Shown: in pieces, positions 1 to 12,141 of the stretch
How the letters are laid out: each line of letters begins with the position of its first letter
Position numbering within the stretch: position 1 is the first letter of the stretch
Source: Felis catus
Taxonomy: Eukaryota
DNA length: 64,000 nucleotides
Direction: 5' to 3'
Assembly: GCF_018350175.1 (NCBI RefSeq)
Contig: NC_058373.1
Span: 100,442,001-100,506,000, forward strand
Notes under the pieces: generated by a model
Database searches by the model: none
What the model saw: only the letters and a program-made list of their open reading frames with translations
Told to the model about the DNA's origin: nothing
Translations under genes and position numbers: made by a program

Positions 1-150
1 TCCCCCTTCCCTTCCTTTCCAAAGGTACTGATCCCAAGAGCACTTCTTAATAAAATCCCTGCATACTAATCTCCATTTCAAGCCTCAGGTTTGAACAGGT
101 TCAAACCTCAACCTGTTTGGTGACAGAAGTGGCTTGAGAGAGCTGAAACT
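1..150 (+). mobile_element. ERVL-class LTR 3' end (LTR16-like) with the start of internal sequence
   Basis: tgatcccaagagcacttcttaataaaatccctgcatactaatctccat resembles the ERVL LTR U3/R end and is followed by the PBS-like tggtgacagaagtgg. Confidence 0.5.
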
Positions 151-599
151 AATATCAATTGCAGTGACCCACTCCAGAATTTTACCATCATGACAGCTAA
201 AAAGTATTTTCTCATGTTCGACTTAAACTCTCCTGTCTCAACGGTCTCCAAGATACAGTAATTGAGAAAAGCAAAGCATCACGAGCTTCCATTTGTGGGG
301 AAAAAAAGAGAATACATTTATATATATGTTTATACGTGTGTAGAATATCTTTTTAAGGAAATACAAGAAATCTGTAGTAGGGTTGCCTCTGGGAGAGAAG
401 ATCAGGGGTCTGGGGGTAGAGGACCTACTTTTTTTTTTTTTTTTCTGTAAGCCCTTTGATATTATTCTCATTTCTATCATGCACTCGGACTTTTTTTTTT
501 AAAGAATGCAAACAAAATGAGACAAAATGGTAATTGTTGCTAATTTGCAGCGGTAGGAATATGGTTTTGTTGTATTGGTTGCAATTTTCTGTAGTTTTA

Positions 600-830
600 T
601 AATTCTTTTTTTACGTTTTTTATTTTATTTTTGAGAGAGGGAGAGAGAGACAGACAGAGCGTGAGTAGGGAAGGGGCAGAGACAGAGAGGGAGACCCAGA
701 ATCCGAAGCAGGCTCCAGGCTCTGAGCTGTCAGCACAGGGGCTCTGATGCGGGGCTCAAACTCACAAACCGTGAGATCATGACCTTAGCCAAAGTTGGAT
801 GCTTAACCAACTGAGCCACCCAGGCTCCCC
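600..830 (-). mobile_element. Can-SINE (SINEC_Fc-type)
   Basis: Reverse tRNA-derived head, (GA)n tract and T-tail. TSD tctgtagtttta at 588-599 and 831-842. Confidence 0.93.
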
Positions 831-1932
831 TCTGTAGTTTTAAAAATGAAAATTTCTAAAACCAAACTCATCTGTTTATTTTTTCTTGTGGACATAGGGA
901 CCATCCTACTTATTGAAACACTTCACTTACTTGTAAGGGGCAAAGAATTTCTCAACCTTTTCTTCTATGAGTTAACAACCTGAATTTAAACTTTCATCAC
1001 AGTAATTTATTATCTATTGATTTGATGATCATTTTGTCACTTTTCTTAGAACCTTAAGCACATTGGCTACATTTTTTTTCAGAGTATAGTTGTCAAAACT
1101 AGATATAATGCTGTTTACCAAAGATCTAAATAATGCAGAGGAAAGGTGATTTTTTATTTATGGCCTAACCTTACAGAATCATGTTCAACTAATGCTCTGT
1201 GAGATTTTTACTCAATGTGAGCACACTCTGAAATTTTGATTAAATCTGTTGGGATTTTTTTTTTTTTTTTTGACTTAGAAAACAAATGAGGTCCACAAAG
1301 CTGTAGGCCTACACTGCTGAGCTTACCGTGCAAGGCAGAGTGAAGGAGAATACATCCTCTCTGCAGGCAGGCAGAGGCAGGAGAAGAGAGAAGTGGCCGA
1401 GGCAGGGATGCACAATGCCTTCAAAACTCACCATCACACCAGTCAGGCCTCCTCCTGTGGTGCAGAAAGAGGAAGGTAGGGGGGAAATACAGTTCCTACC
1501 TCAGAGAGTTGCTATGGGGACTAAATCTATCAATACATTGCAACTATTAATAAATGTTAAATTATTTTTATATTTACTATATATCCTATAATTATGAAAC
1601 ATAATATATAAGTACATGAAATTATATTAAATTACATTAAATTAAATAGGTTAAAGAAATTCAATTATACTATAAATATATAAATATTAATTCATTTAAT
1701 ATTAATTAAATAAACAAATACAGACAAAGCACTTAAAAGAGAGTTAGGCATATGGTATATGTTCCACAAATGTTAGATATCTTTATTTATTTTTGTATCT
1801 CCAGTATGTAGCACTGTGCCTACCACTTTTTAGATGTGTAGTCAATGTTTGTTCACTCATTCATTCAGTCATGTCCAACTTCCTATTGACTTGTTAGGGG
1901 AAAATTGCTTCTTATCCACTCCTCTGGTTTCT

Positions 1933-1940
1933 TTTTTTAC

Positions 1941-2001
<61 letters not shown>

Positions 2002-2047
2002 TTTCTTTCTTTCTTCTTTTAGAGAGAGAGAGGAGAGAGAGGAAAAG

Positions 2048-2091
<44 letters not shown>

Positions 2092-2213
2092 CTTAGGCAG
2101 GCTCCAAGGTCAGCATGGAGCCGATGTAGGGCTTGATCCCATGACCCTGGGGTCATGACCTGAGCTGAAATCAAGAGTTGGACGCTCAAGTGACTGAGCC
2201 ACCCAGGCACCCC
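1933..2213 (-). mobile_element. Can-SINE with an expanded (TTTC)n tail and (GA)n tract
   Basis: 19-bp TSD atccactcctctggtttct at 1914-1932 and 2214-2232. Confidence 0.93.
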
Positions 2214-2689
2214 ATCCACTCCTCTGGTTTCTATGAGGAAGGACGTTCCCAGCACACTTGGCCTCTTCCCACACCCCTCATTCTGACCACAGAGGTGGAG
2301 TGGGTTACCTGGATGGTAAGTCTGGGAGAGGATCTTGAGGGTGGTGGTGGTGCATAGCCGGGCCTCGTTCTCCTCTCCTCTCTTGGATCCACACTCCATT
2401 CTTCCTCTTGGAGGTGAGTTCTGTGAGAGACTTGTTCCATGGGCATGTGTATTGAGCAAAGACTAGGGGAAGTGAGGCTGCCTGATTTGGGGTTTTGTGT
2501 TGGGGTTACCAATGTTGCTCACATGCAAACCTCAGTTTCAACATCTCTAGTGATCATAAAACTGATATTTTTATCTCCATCTGATTTTTTTTTTTCATCC
2601 CTATCTTCTCTCTCCACTGGCTATAAACCCAGGAAGGGAAAACAGAAGACCCACTTATGAGTACCCCTCTTCAAGCCTCAATATCACTT

Positions 2690-3790
2690 AACAAATACTT
2701 TTGTGGTAAGTACTGGGGAAGACAGAGTCAAGATCTGAGGCATGAATCAGAGTAAACTCCAAGAAGATATGGTCAAGATTCCTAGGTTGAAGGACATGCA
2801 GAGAAGAGAACTGGAAGGAAGGCTGGGGAGCTGGACAGAGAGAATGAGGAGGAATATAGATCAGATGAGGCTGATATAGGTAGACGGGGACACATGTATC
2901 CTCCGAGCAGCGGAAATGCCATTCAAGAACTTTGCCTTCTGAATGACCTCTTTGGCTGCTCTGTGGAAAATGGATTGTAGGAGACAAAAATGGATGTGGG
3001 TAGATTAGCAGGAATCAAATCCAGAGGTTTTATGCTCTCTGCGTGGATTAAAATGATGGGAGGAGAAAAGAAGTGGGCAGACTTGAAGGATATTTAGGAG
3101 GCAAACTTGTCAAAACTTGGTGCTGGATTGGATGTGGGCAAGAAGAGAGACTGAAGTGTCAACATAACTCCTGGATTTTCAGCTTGCATCACCAAGCAAA
3201 TGAATGGGAGGCACCACTCAAAGATAGCAGGAACAATGAAAGATCAAATTTTGAGAGAGACTATGAATTCAGTTTGACATGCTGAGTCTGTAATGCTTTT
3301 GAAATATCCAAGGAGAGATGTTAAAGCATTGAGTACATGGATCTGTATTTCAGAGGAGAGAGCTGGGCTGAAACTGCAATCGTGAGTCACTGTGCTATAT
3401 TTATATACCTTCTCTCTTCTTTCTCCCTCTCTACTCTCCCCATCTCTCACTTTCTCTATATAGTAATTAAAGTAATATATACACAGTAATTAAATAGACT
3501 CTCCCTGTCTCCCTCTTTCTGTCCCTCCTGCCTTCCTTCCCATATATGTAGTAATTAAATTAATAAATATATAAAGTAACTAAATTAAAATTATATGCAG
3601 TAATTAAAGACAAGGTGTGGTGAGATCACCTAGGGAGAAAATGTGGCTAGATGGAGAAGAGATGCTTGCTCAACAGTGAGCCATGACCTCCAACAAAGAG
3701 GTCTGATGGAGAAGAGCTCACAAGACAGACTGAGAAGAAGCCAGAGAGTGAGAAGAAAAGCTGGAGTGTGTGGAGTCAAGGAAACAAAGT
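2690..3790 (-). mobile_element. L2 LINE fragment(s)
   Basis: Typical degenerate L2 text such as ctctttggctgctctgtggaaaatggattgtaggag, gaattcagtttgacatgctgagt and gatgagatcacctaggga-like motifs. Confidence 0.7.
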
Positions 3791-3800
3791 GTCCAAAGAG

Positions 3801-4005
3801 GGGGCGCCTGAGTGGCTCAGTCGGTTAAGTGTCCAACTCTTGACTATGGCTCAGGTCATGGTCTCACAGTTCGGTGAGTTTGAACCCTGTGTCAAGCTCT
3901 GTACTGATAGTGTGTAGCCTGCTTGGGATTCTTTCTCTCCCTCTCTCTCTCTGCCCCTCTTCTGCTAGCTCTCTCTTTCATTCAAAATAAATAAACTTTA
4001 AGCAG
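3801..4005 (+). mobile_element. Can-SINE
   Basis: Head ggggcgcctgagtggctcagtcggttaag, then (CT)n and an A-tail. TSD gtgtccaaagag at 3789-3800 and 4006-4017. Confidence 0.93.
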
Positions 4006-5319
4006 GTGTCCAAAGAGAATGTTTGTTGCACTGAATTGAAGATCTACAACAAATGGCCGTGCACCATAGATCATGATTTTTATCCCTCGTATCCAGATTC
4101 TCAGAAGTTGCTTTAATGTTTGCTCACTACCTGTGCTGGAAAATACCTTGCCTCTCACATTCTTTGTGCTTGATATTTACTGAATGCAAACTCTATCAAA
4201 ATATCTGGGGTGAACGCCTGAGACTTGTAGGCAGAGCTTCTCAGGGGCAAATGATAGATGGAAAAGAAGTAGCTCCAAAGCCGGAGACCCAAAGGGACAC
4301 ACCAAATGAGCAAGATGAGAATGGTAAGAGGAAATGGTTTACAAATATTTTCTGTTTTACATGTAAAAGATTGAATTTCTGGGGTAATGGTGCCCCAGAT
4401 GTTACAATAGTTATAGTGCTTGAGCACCTGCCCACGGCATATATCCCAGGACAGCAGGGTGACACTATTAGGGGAAGACACAGAACAAGGAGGCAGTGTT
4501 ATGGTGTGACAGAGGCTTGGAGTGAGTGGGCAGGTGGAATGTCATCATTCACTTCTTCTCAATATGTCGGGATGCCACTGGTTAGGAATATGAATAAGAA
4601 TTGGGCCTGAACCCCCCTTTCTCCCTTTTGCTCATTTTTGGCCTAAGGATTTTTGCTTTTTTTAGGGAATAGTAAAAGTGTCAGCCATCGACATTCTCTT
4701 CTGTATATATTTATAGTTATGAAAGCAAGAATTATAAAAACTAGGTGGTACAATTAGTCACAAGCTTCCTGAGACCTGGAACTTTGTTTTCTTCACTGTT
4801 ATAACCCCAATGCCTGATGCGGAGTAGGGGCTTAGTATGCTGTCCATGAATGAATGGATGGTTGGGGGAATGAAGGAGTGAGTGAGAGGTCATCTTTACC
4901 AGTACTGATACACCCAGTGAGATACATTATCATCTGAAACAGGCCACAGACACTGGCTCCCTGCTAGGGACACAAACGTGAAGCGTCATGAAGCAAGTGT
5001 TAAAGCCTGCTGGATCCTCTCCCTTTTTGCCTCCTGTTTTCCCAAGCTGTGCAAATGGGAGAGCTTGATTAACTCCTCCATTGACGTCACACTGGCTAAC
5101 GAGAAAGTAGATCATCAGACCACAGAAAGGGAAGATCCAGCGCAAACTTTGCATTCAGTAGATTCCCAGTAATCTTTTTTGACTCACTCATGATTATCTG
5201 AATGCTATCGATGCATTCAAATCTACAAGGCCTCATGTTTTGCCTTCTGGGATACACCGTGAATCAGTTCAGGTCACTGACAGGCTGCCTTGTTAGTGGC
5301 AGCTCCCAAGGACTAATAC

Positions 5320-5735
5320 ATTCCTGAAAACTGGAAAAAGGCCAACTTCATGTCTTTCTGAATGAAGAATGAAAGGGATGACCTCGAAAATTATTAACCC
5401 AGCAGCAATACCCTGAAAAGTAGTACAATAAATCAGCAAAATATCAATTTAGAAATGCTGAGAGGAGAATAAAGCATAAGGTATGGTTTTAGAATAAATG
5501 ATCCTGTCTGACTCACCTAATTTCCTTTTAGGCAGGGATAAACCTGGTGGAAGGAAAGGGAACAATAAATTAAACAATTTTTTAACCTATCCCAAACTTT
5601 CATTTGTCTTACATAACAATTTAAAATGAGGAAACCATATTCCAGGCAGGTATATTGGTAGGAGGATTAAATTCTAAGAGGAACCATTGTCAACCACATA
5701 ACAAATGTGTTTGAAAGGGATTCCAAGGGGGTCAT
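5320..5735 (+). mobile_element. CR1/L3 LINE reverse-transcriptase fossil
   Basis: Decayed peptides IPENWKKAN, DDLENY, SCLTHLISF and GIPRGS occur in the order of the CR1 ORF2 motifs PEDWKKAN, DPGNYRP, SCLTNLISF and GVPQGS. Confidence 0.75.
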
Positions 5736-6090
5736 GTATTCATTTATTGAAGACGTATTTATCGAACATTTACTGTTTTCTAGGTGCAGTTCTAGATGTT
5801 GGAGCTACAACACTGAACACAGCAGCCTAAAATCCTTGCCCCATAGAATAGAAAGTGTGGGGTGAGGACTTACACTTTTAGATAAAATGGCTATTGGCAG
5901 ACTTGAGTAAGGTGTGAGAGAGTCATGCAGGTATTTGGGGATGAGCATTTCCCATGTGAAAACTGCACGTACAAATGCCCCAAGACAGCGTGTACCTGGT
6001 TGGTGTTTCACATTGAGGCTACTGTGGAGTGAATAGGAGTTGAGGTCAGAGAGGTAGCAGGGGCCAGATCAGGACACTTTACTACTTTCA
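5736..6090 (-). mobile_element. L2 3' fragment
   Basis: attcatttattgaagacgtatttatcgaacatttactg...ctaggtgcagttctagatgttgg is an L2 3' end pattern. Confidence 0.65.
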
Positions 6091-6099
6091 GCAATGACC

Positions 6100-6569
6100 A
6101 CGGGATGTTCAGTCCTGGGTAGCTCTTTGTATTTGTGGAGAACACTCCGTCATCTAAGTCTAGGTAGGCGGCAGATTACCCTGAGCCCCAACCTTTACAG
6201 AGGAAGGGACCCTCTCCCCACTTCCTGGTCAAACATGGGGCGAGTAGACTTGGACAATTGGCTGTTCCTGTTTAGGACTTAGAACCACAAAGGAAAGAAT
6301 TAAAGCCTCAGGCCCAGGCCCAGTGGTTCTGAGAGCACCGCAGCCTCGTGTCTGCAGTGCCAGCGGCTATGCCCTGAGCAGAGTGTCCTCGTGGTGCCAC
6401 TGGGGATATGCTTTCCCGCCAGACTCTCACAGGTCTTGCCCCTGTTCTGTGTCTAGTTCTCCAACCTTCCTGTTTTCAGTAAACAACTCGACAAAGCCAA
6501 TGAAAATTCCTTTCTCTTTGAGTCAGAATTGCTTCTTGTGCCTTGGAACTGAAAATACTGACTGATACA
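6100..6569 (+). mobile_element. Old MaLR (MLT1-type) LTR
   Basis: Ends in the MLT1-like terminus ...aaattcctttctc...gaactgaaaatactgactgataca. Confidence 0.5.
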
Positions 6570-6736
6570 CATGGAACTCGGGATTATAATTCAAAACATC
6601 CTTTACAGCTAAAGTGCTGATTAATAAGAAGCAGGCAGACATACAGGAAGAAAATCAACTAATGCTAGATTCATTACGACTGCCCAGAACTGGGACTTAT
6701 AATGAATTGTCAGCTAACACAAAACAGGTCTATAAG

Positions 6737-7223
6737 TGTGGTAGCTCATGTTTCCAAAGATGCTGCAGTAGTATCTCCCATCCTACATGCTCTTCTGCAC
6801 TGTGACCTTGGCACTCCCCAGTAATTGGGGGAGGTGGAGCGTGTTTCCTCTCCTCTTTAATCTGCACTGGTTCTGGGATCTGTTTTGACCAATAAAATGT
6901 GACACAAGTGATGCTATATAATTTCCAAGGCTGCGTCTCTATCTTGGAAGCCAGCTGCCATCTAAGAAGCTCCATCATGGCTGGACAGAGACCAGCAGAG
7001 AGATGCCTGAAGACACCTTCAATACTCCAGCCCCAGTCAAACTCCCAGCTGAATGCAGCCACATAAGGGCATCCAGGCAATGTCATATGAAATGCAAGGG
7101 CCACTCAGCTAAGTCCAGCCCAAATTCCTGATCCACAGAATCATGGGTAAATAAAATGGCTATTGTTTTAAGCCACTAAATTTGGGGTTGTTTGTTATAC
7201 AGCAATAGGTAACTGACTGAAAC
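6737..7223 (+). mobile_element. MaLR LTR (MLT1G/H-like)
   Basis: Starts tgtggtag...ccaaagatg and ends ttgttttaagccactaaatttggggttgtttgttatacagcaatagg...aaca. Confidence 0.75.
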
Positions 7224-7246
7224 ATACAAATATTGTCATAACACAA

Positions 7247-7452
7247 TTTTTTTTGAGAGAGAGAGAGAGAGCAGGTGCATGCGTGTACCTGCGAGAGGGG
7301 GGAATGGCAGAGGGAGAGGGAGAGAGAGCATCTTAAGATTCTCCACACTGGGCGTAGAGCCTGATGGGGCTCGATCACATGACTGTGAGATCATGATCTG
7401 AGCCGAAATCACAAGTCAGATGCTTAACCAACTGAGCCACCCAGGAGCCCCC
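7247..7452 (-). mobile_element. Can-SINE
   Basis: Reverse head ...actgagccacccaggagcccc. Degenerate TSD cataacacaa / cataatacaa. Confidence 0.9.
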
Positions 7453-9259
7453 ATAATACAAGTTTTTAATTAAGCACTAAATTTCATGTGTTTTCAAGTA
7501 GGAGGTTCACAAAGATAGGTGTGTGGGGGTGGGGGTAGAGGGGGAGGCAGAGAAAGAGAGAGAGAGAGAGAAAGAGAGTGAGAGAGAGAGATGAGGGAAG
7601 GTCATGGAAATGTCTGAGAAAGTTGAAGAAGAAAGAAGAAAAATGAAAACCGTCAACAGGAGGGCTCATCTTTCTCTCAGGACCATATTTGAATCCGAGG
7701 AGGACTGGAAGTAAATGTATTAAAATGACCCACGTTCAACTGTTAATCACACGGAATCTGCATCTACTATTCCATTGTCCAGTGTGGAGACATGATTTTG
7801 TACTAATCATGTACTAATTTTGCTCGCTGGTGTATCCCCAAGTGACTGGAACTGGGCCTGCCTGGTAAATGCTTGTTGGAAACTTGTGGCAGGAAATAAA
7901 CAAACACACATGGAAACAGCAAAATAATAACTTTAAAACTTTACCTAATAAGTATCAGAAATGTAACAGAGTAGTTCATCCGCTTTAGGGTTTCCAAACT
8001 GATGACTGGTGAGATGGGAAGAGGTGGGGTGCATTGGAGAGAGTTCCAGAAATCTGCAAAGTACATATGATACCATTGCCAGAAACTCAGAAAGGGTTCT
8101 GAGGGCTAAAGTTCAAAATAAAGTCAAGGTTTGTGAAAACTATCCATAACCTATATTCTTCAGCAATAGTTCCCTCTAATTTAGACCTCTAATTTTATCT
8201 CTGTCTTTTTCTTTTGGTTTATTTTCTTAAATCGGAAAAAGGTCTGCAAACTGGAAACTATAAACTATACATGTGAAGAGATAAAGGGGATAGAGCAACT
8301 TGCTCCTCTAAATGAGTTTAGGTCTCTAGGCCCCGCAGACAAGGTCTGGCAGAGGGGGCCGTGGCCTCGTGGAGTGCCCTTGGTTGGGTCTACCTCAGGA
8401 GGGCCTGGAGGTCCATCCTTCCCGAGGGGAAATGCGTCTGGTCTTACAGGTTTGGTCTTAAGCCCAGACATTATTTAGGCTGAGCAGCTTCATAAGACCC
8501 TACCCACGCTGCTCCCCTCCACCTCCACCTTTGAGGAAATCAGCTCTTACAAGCCTTTTGAGTAGGTTCTAGTAGTTCTGTTGGTTCTTTCCAACTCGTC
8601 ACTGCCCTCCAGCAGATGTAGCGCATGCCATGCCTAAGGGCTCTTCTCACTAGGCAACCCTGACAACCAGGCACATGTGAAGGGGCAGCTGGATGCCGTC
8701 TCCCTCTGGCCCAATGGAACACCAGCTTCCATAGCACCAAGTTCGTACAGGATCACCATATGGCATCCCACACAGAATTCTGTTCTGTACCAGGGAGCAG
8801 TCAGAAAACCCCCATCTGACCTCTCAGCCTCCGGAATGAGCAGGGCTTCACACTGATGCATTACGCCCTTCTCCAGAGGACTTTGGTGCTCTGGATGCAG
8901 ATATCCATGCTGATCCTTCCCTGTTTTGTAAACCTCTGCTGAATACAATGCATTAGCATACCGAATAATATTAAAGTATTACTGGTCATCAAAAGTACCA
9001 ACATGATTGAGCTTTTTCCCAAGGGGAACCCTGAATGCTGCTTTGTCCAAATGACCTTGGCAAAACCTGCAAAGCTTACACATACACTGCCTGCTCTGTT
9101 AAAATGAACTCATACTCTGCTATATCGTCCAACATTCTTATGGATAAATGCCCAGAAGTGAACTCATAAAATTAAATAACTTTTTCAGGTCATTGATCTA
9201 TGGTCTAACCTTAATTTATCCTTTAGCAAATGTCCTATATTAGTTGGCCCACAGATTAA

Positions 9260-9960
9260 ATGGTTTTTGAGGTACAGAGTCAAATGGTAAAAGAATTATA
9301 CATTGAATCGTACAGAATCATATCAAGATTACATGTACATCATTATAAGCATTGTTTGAACAAAAGATTAGAAGCAACTCAAATGTCTATCAGTGAAGGT
9401 TTGGTTAAAGATACTGTGATACGTTCACATGCTAGAATACTATGCAGCTGTTCAAAAGAATGAGGGGGTAAGTAAAAAAAAAAGTTCAAAAAAGTGTCAA
9501 GCTTTGGTAAAGAAGGGCAAAATATAAGAATGTATATTTGCAATTAGCTTGTAGGTGCATTAAACAACTCTGGAACTAAGAATATGTTAAGAAGAGTGAC
9601 ATGTGGAGGACAAACACTGGGTTAATGGAGACATGGGTTGGGGTAGAGGGAGACATTTTTACTGTATAACTTAAAAAAATTTTTTTAATGTTTATTTTTG
9701 AGAGAGAACGAGAGAGAGAGAGGGAGAGAGAGAGAGACAGAGTGCAGGCGGGGGAGGACAGAGAGAGGGAGACACAGAATCCGAAGCAGGCTCCAGGCTC
9801 TGAGCTGTCAGCACAGCGCCTGATGTGGGGCTCGAACCCACAAACTGTGAGATCATGACCTGAGCTGAAGTTAGGTGGATCAACCGACTGAGCCACCCAG
9901 GCGCCCCTACTGTATAACTTTTTATGTATTTTGGTTTTGACCCATGACAACACAGTATCT
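9260..9960 (+). mobile_element. Old L1M(E) 3' fragment interrupted by a SINE
   Basis: L1 3' region text: gcaactcaaatgtctatcagt...agaatactatgcagctgttcaaaagaatgagg. Confidence 0.65.
9673..9907 (-). mobile_element. Can-SINE (SINEC_Fc-type)
   Basis: TSD tactgtataactt at 9660-9672 and 9908-9920. Confidence 0.94.
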
Positions 9961-10993
9961 ATTCAGAAAATGAAATTTAAAAGATGATTAAATATGTTTA
10001 ACAGCAAAACTTCAGTAACTCAAGTCCTATATATTGGGCATTTGTGGTGAATTGGATATGTTAAAGGAAGGGGTGATGAAATTATATCTTCATTCTATGG
10101 GGAAGAGAGAATATGCAGAGACAGAGACAGTGTTGTTTTTCCAAGTCTGCAGCTCCTGTGGGAGAGTGATGGGAACAAAAGAGGGACATGCCCCTATCCT
10201 CATTTTAGCTTTATTCAGGTCCCCCACAGGAATTTCAGTGCACATGCAAGTTTTTAACAAAAGCTGAAAACGATTGGAGGTTTATGCATTCAACAAACGT
10301 ATATTAAAGACCTACTATGGAGACACAGACATTATTAACAGTCAATTCCAATCCAGTGGTCAGAGGGCAGGCAGTAAGATGGTGTGATAGTGGTAAGTAA
10401 AATGGTTTGGTAGTAGGTAGGCACAACACGACATGAGCATAGAGGAAAGCCAGGTCCAGGCTGGGAAGGTATGTATGTGCATGGGTGGGTGGGGTTGGGG
10501 TTGGGTGTAGATGTCAAGGAAGGATGCCCCAGCAGGACAGAGGTAACCTGAGTTTTGAAAGACTACCAGGAGTTAAGTGAAGAGGAAGATGGAAGGGGAT
10601 CCAGAGAAGGCGCTTGAGCTGTGTAGGGTCAGAGTCATGTTTCCCCCAACTTGTAGGCCGGGCATTGGAGAGGAGATGGCAATGATAACACGGGAGAGGA
10701 GACAGAGACCAGATTATAAAAGTCCTTGAATGCAGGGTTCAAATTCTGCTCCAAATGTGAAGGGTACTTATGTATTAGGTTTGGTTTGTAGACAGAGGTG
10801 AATCTGGAGATGCCACGAAGTTCAACGTACCACTGGGGAAAGAGATGTAATAATTTGCACGGGAGTTATTGCTTGTGATTGTTATTGACTGCCCTAAAAT
10901 GTACAGCTGCTTACTCTTTTCTAGTAATACGTACAATTATTGTTACTATTATGTTTGTTACTATTATTTTTGAGAATGAAGACAAAGCAGTAT

Positions 10994-11319
10994 TGTCTCA
11001 ATCTGAGTGCTAACAGGAAACAGATGGCATGCTCAAAGTGGGGTGATTCTAGGAGGGCTGATTTACAGAGGGCTGATGTACACCTTACAAGGTGTGGGCC
11101 TGGAGTCACGGCATAGAACGCTGTGGTAACTGGGGTCTTGTAGGCTGTTACAGACTGAATGTTTGCATTCCCCCCCACAAATTCATGTGTTGAAGCTCTA
11201 ACCCCTAGTGTGATGGGATTAGGAGGTGGAGCCTTTGGGAGGTAAGTAGGTTTAGATGAACTGATGCAGGGGTCATCATGATGAGATCAGTGCCCTTATG
11301 AGAAGGGACCAGAGAATGT

Positions 11320-11365
<46 letters not shown>

Positions 11366-11769
11366 TCTTGCTCTGGGGCCATAGCAGGAAGCTGGCGTCT
11401 TGATCTCCAACTCCCCAGCCTCTCGCACCATGAGAAATAAACTTCTGCTGTTTAAACACCCACTCTGTGGTATTTTATGATGGTGGCCAAACTAAGACAA
11501 GGTCACACAGACAAGGGCAGGGAACCGCTATTTGAATCTGGAAGGAGTGAGACAGTCGTGTAGATGGGCCAGATTGAGAGGAGCAGTGAACTCCTGTTAG
11601 GATCTCCCAGGGAGTGAATCAGCACAAGAAATATCCTGACTTCTGTCTCATGTCCAGACATTCAGAGGGCTGAGAGGTCCAGAATGTAGGTCAGTCGTCA
11701 GGGGCTAAACGCAGGGTACAGAAGGATAGAGCATGAGTCTAAAGGGGCAAATGACAGATACCCAGCACA
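10994..11769 (-). mobile_element. ERVL LTR (LTR33-like) split by an MLT1A insertion
   Basis: Termini tgtctcaatctgagtgctaacaggaaacagatggcatgctcaaa and gggcaaatgacagatacccagcaca. Confidence 0.55.
11146..11499 (+). mobile_element. MaLR LTR (MLT1A-like) with an internal (CT)n
   Basis: tgttacagactgaatgtttgc...aaattcatgtgttgaagc...gcctttgggagg...aaataaacttctgctgtttaa...actaagaca. Confidence 0.8.
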
Positions 11770-11921
11770 AACATTATAATTAAATTTCCCTCAACTTCTC
11801 CTTTCTTGTATGTCTCCTCCCTCCCCAAAAAAAGTAAGAGAGAAGAGTTTTGCTAGGAGTTAAGCAAGGCTAACTACTGTAGCCATGTATAATGGCTCAA
11901 ATACTTGCCGGATTATTTCTT

Positions 11922-12141
11922 TTAAAAAAAATTTTTTTTTCAACGTTTATTTATTTTTGGGACAGAGAGAGACAGAGCATGAACGGGGGAGGGGCAGAGA
12001 GAGAGGGAGACACAGAATCAGAAACAGGCTCCAGGCTCTGAGCCATCAGCCCAGAGCCTGACGCGGGGCTCGAACTCACGGACCGCGAGATCGTGACCTG
12101 GCTGAAGTTGGACGCTTAACCGACTGCGCCACCCAGGCGCC
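11922..12141 (-). mobile_element. Young SINEC_Fc
   Basis: Near-consensus and CpG-rich. 18-bp TSD cttgccgg(a/c)ttatttctt at 11904-11921 and 12142-12159. Inserted into an older MLT1-like LTR (~11840-12500). Confidence 0.95.

Noticed and set aside
1540..1720. Very AT-rich tract, and short gtaattaaa repeats at 3460-3610
   Set aside because: Low-complexity slippage with no regular repeat-spacer structure.
1834..2459. ORFs with FFLS, ERER or LSLS runs (similar ones at 9576, 34468 and 36730)
   Set aside because: They are translations of SINE microsatellite tracts or other simple repeats.
3801..3890. tRNA-like A/B-box sequences, here and in about 24 other copies
   Set aside because: These are Can-SINE heads with CT tracts, A-tails and TSDs, not tRNA genes.
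4116..4610. 164-aa ORF and an exon-like 79-nt segment (ttctcag|4245-4323|gtaaga)
   Set aside because: No recognisable homology and no partner exons; the acceptor pyrimidine tract is weak.
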